From positions 1-64,000 of the IMG/VR virus record IMGVR_UViG_3300027917_003468: a stretch of 64,000 nucleotides of DNA. The stretch is one strand, 5' to 3'. The position numbers and the translations under genes are program-made. The notes below the pieces were generated by a model. That model did not search any database. It was not told the origin of the DNA and saw only the letters and a program-made list of their open reading frames with translations. Shown here piece after piece: positions 57,017-64,000 of this stretch (positions are counted from its first letter, which is position 1; each line of letters opens with the position of its first letter). Origin of the DNA: a virus. Lineage: Duplodnaviria; Heunggongvirae; Uroviricota; Caudoviricetes.

Positions 57017-57514
57017 TTATACAAAATCATCAAATTTTTCTTCTTCATCATCGTTAAATGACATGGATTGTGTAAGGATTTCAATGGCTTTATTCTCACA
57101 TTGTCGTATGTACTCCCTTGTGACTCCACGTTTTTTGCCGATCTCGTCCAGGGTTTTGTCACGATAGTAATATCTTTCAACAAGTATTTCTAACAACTTC
57201 TTTTGTTTTGGTTTGAAAAAGTGTTCTAGATAAGTAAATGCCTTATCACTGGTCTCAAACTTATCTAACATTGGTTTGAGGTCCTTATATTTGTTATCTA
57301 AAATTTCTACTCTTTTTGGCACTTTCGTTACCTCCTCTAATACTTCTCTACACGGTTTACAAATGCCTTTCTGATTTTTCATGATCACTTTGTCACAGAT
57401 ATCGCAATATTCGATAGGATTGGTTTTCCGTCGATGAAACCATCTGTAGCATATGATACACAGATCGAAGGCATAGAGCTCCTTATCCTTATGGCACCAC
57501 CAACATTTTGCCAT
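57017..57514 (-). CDS. sigma-70 region-4-like regulator with N-terminal Cys4 zinc ribbon
   Basis: CWWC..C..C..C..C; C-terminal RGVTREYIRQCENKAIEIL HTH. Confidence 0.55.
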   Translation of the reverse strand: MAKCWWCHKDKELYAFDLCIICYRWFHRRKTNPIEYCDICDKVIMKNQKGICKPCREVLEEVTKVPKRVEILDNKYKDLKPMLDKFETSDKAFTYLEHFFKPKQKKLLEILVERYYYRDKTLDEIGKKRGVTREYIRQCENKAIEILTQSMSFNDDEEEKFDDFV

Positions 57515-57534
57515 TGCTCTGCTCCTTCTTTTAA

Positions 57535-58002
57535 TTAAACATATCTCTGTATGCCTTCTTTATCCAAAAGAATAAGTTTACCCCATGTAGATTGTACGAT
57601 GAAAACTTTTTTCTCATCATTCAATATTGCATAGAAGACATCGAATTTTTTCTTGTCTGCGTCCGGTGATGATTGGTCATGCCAAACATTTATAATCGGA
57701 TACAGATACTCATTTGAGAATTTACCTACCTTACCCAATTGTTCTGAGGCACTATCATTTAGTTCAAAAGCAAGATCACAATCATCTACATCACTAACCT
57801 CTTCACACCACTTCGCAGGAATGACAAAAGTATTACCTCTATCATCAGGGATTGCGAAATAGAGAATAAACTTACGTGGTTCAGGATGGTGAAGATCGTG
57901 CCAGACATGGACTATTGGGTAACGGGGGTGCTTTTCATACTTGGCCAGGTTTTTTAGTTTATCTTTACCATAATCATTAATCTGCGCTTCTAACATCAGC
58001 AT
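57535..58002 (-). CDS. hypothetical protein
   Basis: ORF. Confidence 0.4.
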   Translation of the reverse strand: MLMLEAQINDYGKDKLKNLAKYEKHPRYPIVHVWHDLHHPEPRKFILYFAIPDDRGNTFVIPAKWCEEVSDVDDCDLAFELNDSASEQLGKVGKFSNEYLYPIINVWHDQSSPDADKKKFDVFYAILNDEKKVFIVQSTWGKLILLDKEGIQRYV

Positions 58003-58042
58003 TACCTCCTTTTAAATATCAGAACAGTTCACAAATTCGGAT

Positions 58043-58071
58043 TGACAATTCTAGGAATATTATATATTATA
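58043..58071 (+). promoter_or_regulatory. sigma70-like promoter TTGACA-17-TATTAT
   Basis: 40 nt upstream of gene 58112; marks the strand switch to the packaging module. Confidence 0.5.
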
Positions 58072-58111
58072 GAATATAGTTTTGCAACAAAAATAAATAA
58101 AAAGGTGGCGT

Positions 58112-58714
58112 ATGAGTAAATTGGTACGTTCGACTCGTAGTTTGGATGAGCATGTTGACAACCTGCTAAAAGTGCGGGAGCTCAGAAATGCTGGTAAGAG
58201 TAATCGTAGTATTTGTAAAGAGCTTAATATTAGCTACATCGTATTGAAGAATTACGAAACGATACTTGTTAAAAAAGAGCTTGAAGGATTATCAGATGAG
58301 TTCCAAAATGAAAAACGTTTGCTGTTAGATGATCAGGTTCTATCAGTAATAGGAAAATTAAATGAGGCTGGGAAAGCTGTCGAACAAGAACATGATAATT
58401 TAGTGGAACAAATCAATACCCTACTTGCAGATGATAAAATAGATGTGTTGGTAAAGGCCAAACTAAGAAGATTTGTTCGGTACCCTGTCAATGATATAGC
58501 ACACATTCAAAAACTTATACTCAATGCTGTCGAGCTGCGTTCAAAAATATGGGGGCTTGATAAGGAGCACAAAGAAACAGCTTCCATCACAAATAATAGG
58601 AAAATAGTTTTTCAGTTGAATGAAAAAGTCGAGACAGATGCCAATAAGTTAAACTCTATAGCAGATTCAATTATAGAAAATACACATGGGATGCGGATGC
58701 AAAAAGAGAACTAA
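58112..58714 (+). CDS. candidate small terminase subunit (HTH N-terminus, coiled coil)
   Basis: Position immediately upstream of the large terminase; N-terminal HTH-like NRSICKELNISYIVL. Confidence 0.4.
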   Translation: MSKLVRSTRSLDEHVDNLLKVRELRNAGKSNRSICKELNISYIVLKNYETILVKKELEGLSDEFQNEKRLLLDDQVLSVIGKLNEAGKAVEQEHDNLVEQINTLLADDKIDVLVKAKLRRFVRYPVNDIAHIQKLILNAVELRSKIWGLDKEHKETASITNNRKIVFQLNEKVETDANKLNSIADSIIENTHGMRMQKEN

Positions 58715-58934
58715 TGGTACGAGGGCAACAGCAACAGAGAATGCTTTACGATTTGTTTATTGTCCTCAGTGCGATGTGGTAAAAGCAAAAAGGGGCATAG
58801 CTTCTGAAATAGCGAAGTATAGATGCCCCCAATGTGACCACAAGCCGGTAATTTTTGCTAGGCCACCAACAGCACAAAGACTGCGTAGAGAGAAGGAGAG
58901 GCGAGGGATTGATGAGCCTTCAATCGGTAGCTAA
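58686..58934 (+). CDS. small Zn-ribbon protein
   Basis: CPQCD...CPQCD. Confidence 0.3.
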   Translation: MGCGCKKRTNGTRATATENALRFVYCPQCDVVKAKRGIASEIAKYRCPQCDHKPVIFARPPTAQRLRREKERRGIDEPSIGS

Positions 58935-61710
58935 TGATCAAATTACTGACAAACCAGTTCAAGTCGAATTGGATATGGATGAATGGTATAACTTGTGCCG
59001 TGAACGTCCTGATGCCTTTGCACACTATTATTTCAAACATATTCTTAGATCTCCTAGTAGCGACTTCCACTTCTTATTGTATTCTCTTATCAAAAAAATA
59101 AATGAGACACCCTATCCTAATAATATTGCTATTGCAGCCCCACGAGGAAGTGCCAAGACACAAATTATAAATGTAATCCTCCCTATCTGGTGTGCAGCCT
59201 TCGAACTAAAAAAATTTATTGTGGTTATGAGTGAAACAAGCAGATTGGCAGAAGCAAACTTAGAATCTATTAAGTATGAGCTTACGTCCAATGAACTTCT
59301 TGCTGAGCACTTTCCGCATCTTGTTGGTGAGGGAGCAACTTGGAGAAAGGAAGTTATTGATACTTGTAATGATATACGAATCATTGCAGTGGGCAGTGGT
59401 AAACAGGTACGAGGAAGTCAGAAGAAGGGAGGACACAGGCCTGATTTGACATTGTGCCATCCTGCTGGAACTAAAATACTAGGTACCAAAAATAATATTG
59501 ATGTATCTATGTTAACAGTAGGAGATAAAGTTTATAACCATAATTGGGAAGAGGATGAGATTATAGCCTGGAAACCTCATACTTGGACTGGTGATTACTA
59601 TAAATTCAAACTCTACGGGCACCCAGAAGAAATTGTAGCTACAGCAGGGCACCAATTTTTTGTAAGGAAGAGGGTAGGAAAAAAATATATAAGAACCGGT
59701 AATCACATGAAATGTTTAGATAGAGGAAAATGGAAGAGAAACCAATATGAATGCCTGGTAACATATTCAGAGCCCAAAAAATTGAATGTAAGAGAAATAG
59801 AAAAGGGGGATATGGTAGGGTATAAAATAAATACTAAAATAATTCCCATAGAAGAAATAGCAAGAAAAGAAAATTGGAATATATACAAACCTGGGGGGGA
59901 GATAATAAATAGGGATGATAAAGGTAGGATTGTACAAGGCGGTAAAGGATCATATAAGCCAGTAAATATTGGTGGTAAAGAGTGGTGGCTGGCTTCGAAG
60001 GAGTTTTGGTGGCTTGCAGGAGTATTTTTAGGAGATGGGACAGTAGATAGAAAAACAGGTTATAGTACTAGATTCTCTTGTAATCCGTCAGAAATAGACC
60101 ATATTAATAAAATTATTAGAAGTATCGAATTTTTGGGGAATACGCCCTCTAAAATCCGAGAGAAAACAGTTGTAAGTATACACCTATCAAATAGACTCAT
60201 AAATTATATTTTTAATCAATGGAAAAGAGAAAAGAACTCCCACAAAGTACCTTCAAGAAATATTGAGTTTTTAGATCCAGAATTACAAAGGCAATTAATC
60301 TTAGGTTATATTGCCGCAGATGGTTGGGTTTCTAAAGAGCAGGGGGTTAGAATTACATCGGTGTGTTTTGAGCTCCTAGAATTTATACAGAGGATCCTTC
60401 TTCGGCAGGGAATAGTTAGTAGTATTAGGAATGGAATAAAAGGAGGAGAGGTTAAAATATTTGACCGTATTGTAAACACTCAAGATAAGTATGATCTCTA
60501 TTTTAAACAAGATGCCTGGAAACTCGGTCTACTACCAAAACCAAAAAGCAAACTTAAATTGAATAAGCGCTGGTTTATTGAAGATGATACTGTGTGGAGA
60601 AAAGTTAAAAGTATAGGTTCAGAATATAAGACAGATATTGTATTTCCATTTAAAGTAAGAGATGAGCATTCTTATCTAACTACCCAATTTTATAGCCTAA
60701 ATTGTGATGACCTTTCCTCGGACGAGATGGTAAGAACAAAGAAAAGACGTGATGATCATGAGGATTGGTTTAGGAGGGCTGTTATGGGAATGGAAGGAAC
60801 GGCTGATACAAAAATGGATGTTATTGTCACAGGTACTATTCTACACCCCCATTGTCTTCTTTCCAAGTTACTAGATCCTAAAATATTTGCTGGTTGGGAA
60901 TCCTATAAATATAAAGCCATATACGAATTTTCTAAATCACCTCTATGGAAAACGTGGGAGCACCTTTATACAAGTTATGAGGATGAGAAGAGAGAAGAAA
61001 CTGCATACAATTTTTTTAAAGCGCATGAAAAAGAAATGCTAGAGGGTACTAAAGTGCTTTGGCCAGAGGGAGATGGGTACTATAAACTGATGGTTTATAA
61101 AATTAAAGCTGGACCAAGAGCTTTTGCTAGTGAGAAACAAAATACTGCAATTGATCCTTCACAAACTCTATTTGACCCACAAAGAATAGTTTACTTCGAC
61201 CGCAGGGACATAGATCTAGATAAATTGGTTATATATGGTGCTATAGATCCTGCTAGTGGTGAGGCAAAACGACAAGGAGACTTATCAGCAGTTGTAACTA
61301 TTGGCAGGGATCCAAAGTCAGGCATTATATATGTATTAGATGTAATGGCCGCAGCGAAGGGTCCTAGTTACTGTATTAAGTATATTAAAAGAGTGCATGA
61401 GCTCTATGACTACCGAAAGTTTGGAGTGGATCAGGACGCACTAAAAATGCTAAAGGATTTCATCGAGAAGGACATACCAGATTTACAGGGAAAATTAACC
61501 TTGTATGATTTGAGACTACCTAAACCTAAACGTATTGATCGATTAGAACCTATTATTCATAGTGGGCTCTTACGTTTTCAAAGGAATCAGTTAGAGGCGA
61601 CGGAGGAATTAACATTTTATCCCAATAGTGAGCATGACGATGTTCTGGATGCCTTAGAGATTGCTGTAAGACTTACAGGACACCGAGGTTACAGACTCTT
61701 AACATATTAG
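58912..61710 (+). CDS. terL: terminase large subunit interrupted by an intein
   Basis: Walker A AAPRGSAKT; exteins join to give RPDLTL-CDDL (Walker B-like); C-terminal nuclease region; start placed at MSLQSV after RBS GGAGAGG. Confidence 0.85.
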   Translation: MSLQSVANDQITDKPVQVELDMDEWYNLCRERPDAFAHYYFKHILRSPSSDFHFLLYSLIKKINETPYPNNIAIAAPRGSAKTQIINVILPIWCAAFELKKFIVVMSETSRLAEANLESIKYELTSNELLAEHFPHLVGEGATWRKEVIDTCNDIRIIAVGSGKQVRGSQKKGGHRPDLTLCHPAGTKILGTKNNIDVSMLTVGDKVYNHNWEEDEIIAWKPHTWTGDYYKFKLYGHPEEIVATAGHQFFVRKRVGKKYIRTGNHMKCLDRGKWKRNQYECLVTYSEPKKLNVREIEKGDMVGYKINTKIIPIEEIARKENWNIYKPGGEIINRDDKGRIVQGGKGSYKPVNIGGKEWWLASKEFWWLAGVFLGDGTVDRKTGYSTRFSCNPSEIDHINKIIRSIEFLGNTPSKIREKTVVSIHLSNRLINYIFNQWKREKNSHKVPSRNIEFLDPELQRQLILGYIAADGWVSKEQGVRITSVCFELLEFIQRILLRQGIVSSIRNGIKGGEVKIFDRIVNTQDKYDLYFKQDAWKLGLLPKPKSKLKLNKRWFIEDDTVWRKVKSIGSEYKTDIVFPFKVRDEHSYLTTQFYSLNCDDLSSDEMVRTKKRRDDHEDWFRRAVMGMEGTADTKMDVIVTGTILHPHCLLSKLLDPKIFAGWESYKYKAIYEFSKSPLWKTWEHLYTSYEDEKREETAYNFFKAHEKEMLEGTKVLWPEGDGYYKLMVYKIKAGPRAFASEKQNTAIDPSQTLFDPQRIVYFDRRDIDLDKLVIYGAIDPASGEAKRQGDLSAVVTIGRDPKSGIIYVLDVMAAAKGPSYCIKYIKRVHELYDYRKFGVDQDALKMLKDFIEKDIPDLQGKLTLYDLRLPKPKRIDRLEPIIHSGLLRFQRNQLEATEELTFYPNSEHDDVLDALEIAVRLTGHRGYRLLTY
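59455..60702 (+). mobile_element. intein (~416 aa) with LAGLIDADG homing-endonuclease domain inside terL
   Basis: Starts with CHPAGTKILG and ends ..FYSLN just before CDD; blocks LAGVFLGDGTV and LGYIAADGWVS. Confidence 0.75.
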
Positions 61711-61723
61711 AAGGATAACCAAG

Positions 61724-63334
61724 ATGCAAAAAGTACATGAGAGACGTCACCCACTGTACGAGGAATATCAGGATGACTGGGAATTTTATATGCAGAGTTT
61801 CAAAGGTGGTGATACATACCTGGAAAAATATCTCGCCACTCATCGTCTTGAGAATGCTGCAGACTATGGCCGACGTAAGCAAAGAGCCTACTACTTGAAT
61901 TACTGTGCTCCTATTGCAATGATTCCGTCAGATTTTATATTTAAGAAGGAAGCAACACGTCCCGCAGATGATACTTTAACTGCTATCCGAGAAGACGTGG
62001 ATATGAGAGGAACGAATATACATGAATTTATGCGGCGTATTTGTACATTAAGTTCTATCTACGGTCATATACATATTCTTATAGACCGACCCAGACCTCC
62101 ACAAGAATTTGAAGAATTAATTCTCAATGGTAAGACAACTAAATTAGATAGTATAGTTTTAAGACCCTATGCAACAATCATCGAACCACCAAATCTGTTA
62201 GACTGGTCAGTGAATGCGGAGACACAAGAACTTAATTGGATATTATTATATGAGGAAGTATATGACGATGAAAACTTCGAAGAAGAACGTGAGGTAAAAG
62301 CTCGATATAAAATATGGACAAAAGATGAATGGATTATCTACGATGAGGATAATAACATTACAGATAGAGGAATGCATGGTCTAGGATTTGTGCCGCTAAT
62401 TACATGTTATCATAAAGATATTGATCTTGATATGATTGGTGAAAGTATGTTGAAAGATGTGGCCGATGCAAACAAAGCTATCTTTAATTGGTGCAGTAAC
62501 ATTGATGAGATGATTGCACGTCAAACATTTTCGCAATTAATATGCCCTGATGATGGTTCCATGCTTACAGAGGAAGTAGATGAACAAGGCAAGTCGGCAG
62601 CATTGAAACAAGTAGGATCATCCACAATATTCACGTTCCCAGCCGATGCAAGACACGCACCAGCTTTTATTTCCCCAGATACTCGCCAAATTAGTACGAT
62701 ATGGGAAATGATACAAAACCATGTGAGAGAGATGTTTCGTATGGCAGGACTAGTATCCGCAAAAACATCCCTTGTACAACTCCAACAGCGTACAGGTCGA
62801 GCTCAAGAATTCGAATTTCTAGATATGGCAGTATTCTTTTCAGCAAAAGCAAAAAAACTTGAAAGTACAGAAAATAAAATGAATCGAGTTTTTTATAAAT
62901 GGATGGCTGTATATGATAGAAGTCCAGAACGATGCTACTATCCAGAAAAATTTGACATTACATCACCTAATGAAATTGTAGAACTATTCACGAAGGTAAC
63001 TCTCAATGCAATCTCAGGAACACTAAATAAAGAAATGGCAAAGAGACTGACACATCAAGTATTACCAAATGCTGAAGACGAAATAGTCGAGAAGATCTAT
63101 AAAGAGATTGAAGCAAATCAAGTACTTGAAGATCCAACACTATTAATGAAGGAGCAGCAAAAACCTAATATTAAGACTCCTCCTTCCCAAGACGAGGAAA
63201 GTAGTGAGGAGCAAGAAGAGGAGGAAGAAGAGGAGGAAGAAGAAAAAAAGCAAGGACAACCCAAAAAGGAACGAGTACCTAATACCAAAAATCCAACACG
63301 TAGAGCAAAATGGAGGAACCAACAAAATAAGTAA
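61724..63334 (+). CDS. portal protein (acidic poly-Glu C-terminus)
   Basis: Size and position directly after terL; no motif proof. Confidence 0.6.
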   Translation: MQKVHERRHPLYEEYQDDWEFYMQSFKGGDTYLEKYLATHRLENAADYGRRKQRAYYLNYCAPIAMIPSDFIFKKEATRPADDTLTAIREDVDMRGTNIHEFMRRICTLSSIYGHIHILIDRPRPPQEFEELILNGKTTKLDSIVLRPYATIIEPPNLLDWSVNAETQELNWILLYEEVYDDENFEEEREVKARYKIWTKDEWIIYDEDNNITDRGMHGLGFVPLITCYHKDIDLDMIGESMLKDVADANKAIFNWCSNIDEMIARQTFSQLICPDDGSMLTEEVDEQGKSAALKQVGSSTIFTFPADARHAPAFISPDTRQISTIWEMIQNHVREMFRMAGLVSAKTSLVQLQQRTGRAQEFEFLDMAVFFSAKAKKLESTENKMNRVFYKWMAVYDRSPERCYYPEKFDITSPNEIVELFTKVTLNAISGTLNKEMAKRLTHQVLPNAEDEIVEKIYKEIEANQVLEDPTLLMKEQQKPNIKTPPSQDEESSEEQEEEEEEEEEEKKQGQPKKERVPNTKNPTRRAKWRNQQNK

Positions 63335-63350
63335 AACTATAGGAATTTTA

Positions 63351-63378
63351 TTGACTTTATAATATTTTTCTATATAAT
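63351..63378 (+). promoter_or_regulatory. sigma70-like promoter TTGACT-16-TATAAT
   Basis: Upstream of ATG 63456. Confidence 0.5.
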
Positions 63379-63455
63379 GAAAATGATGGGTATTACTAGA
63401 TGTCTTACCCGTTGATTACAAACTACATCCCGAAGAGTCGGGAGAGGAGGTAAAA

Positions 63456-64000
63456 ATGCCAGAAGAGACGAAACAAGAAGACGGAAAGACCGGAGTAAGC
63501 GCCTCTGAAAAAAAGGTGGATGATCTCGAAAAACAGATTGAGTTAGAGAGAAAACGTCAGGAAAATTTGAAGGCTAAAGAAGAAGAAGACAAACTGCGTA
63601 AAGTAGAAAACGAAGAAGAGAAAGTAGCTGCCGCAAAAAAACCTGAAGAAGATCCTAACAAAATTACTGTTGAACGAGCATACCTTTCACAAATCAGAGA
63701 TGAGGCCAAGGGATATCGGAAAGAGCTAGAGAGCCTTAAAGAACAATTCACGAATGTGCAGTCCGTATTGAAGAATCAATTTGGAGTTGATTCTGCATCG
63801 GCTCTGCAAGAAAAATTGGAGGAAGCAAAAAAGGCAAAAGAGAAAGAAGAAGAAACAAAACTAAGTAAGGTTGAATTAGCTGAGAAACGTGCCCAAAGTT
63901 TAGAAAAACAACTCGAAGAGGAAAGAATCAAAAGTGAGACAAGAGTGAACGAGCTAATTAAATCTAGGGATGACATGATCATCCAACATTCACTAATCCA
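63456..64000 (+). CDS. scaffold-like coiled-coil protein (5' partial; runs off the window)
   Basis: RBS GGAGAGGAGG; Lys/Glu-rich heptad-like sequence; position after the portal. Confidence 0.45.
   Translation, partial: MPEETKQEDGKTGVSASEKKVDDLEKQIELERKRQENLKAKEEEDKLRKVENEEEKVAAAKKPEEDPNKITVERAYLSQIRDEAKGYRKELESLKEQFTNVQSVLKNQFGVDSASALQEKLEEAKKAKEKEEETKLSKVELAEKRAQSLEKQLEEERIKSETRVNELIKSRDDMIIQHSLI

Overview
AT-rich window (no GC value computed) that reads like part of a large tailed-phage genome. By segment:

- **1–5.3 kb, + strand:** small early-type genes, each with a TTGACA/TATAAT-type promoter and a hairpin terminator. Also two perfect sigma-54 (-24/-12) promoter matches and LAGLIDADG/HNH-type endonucleases.
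- **5.47–6.5 kb:** a ~1 kb non-coding tandem array of 36-bp units (about 28 copies).
- **6.5–58 kb, almost all minus strand:**
  - a sigma-54-type enhancer-binding ATPase and two sigma-70 region-4 proteins;
  - sugar-modifying enzymes and a radical-SAM protein;
  - 10 tRNA genes interleaved with tiny ORFs;
  - an RNA-centred island: permuted/split CCA-adding enzyme, a second nucleotidyltransferase, and an unmistakable Ro60/Rsr orthologue preceded by a tandem array of 6–7 small structured RNA genes with compensatory covariation, which I interpret as Y-RNA-like genes;
  - a 13-kb glycan/sulfo-sugar-like biosynthesis cluster.
- **From 58 kb, + strand:** the packaging/head module: small terminase candidate, large terminase interrupted by a ~416-aa LAGLIDADG intein, portal, and the start of a scaffold-like protein.

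All domain calls come from motifs read by eye. No database searches or computations were run.
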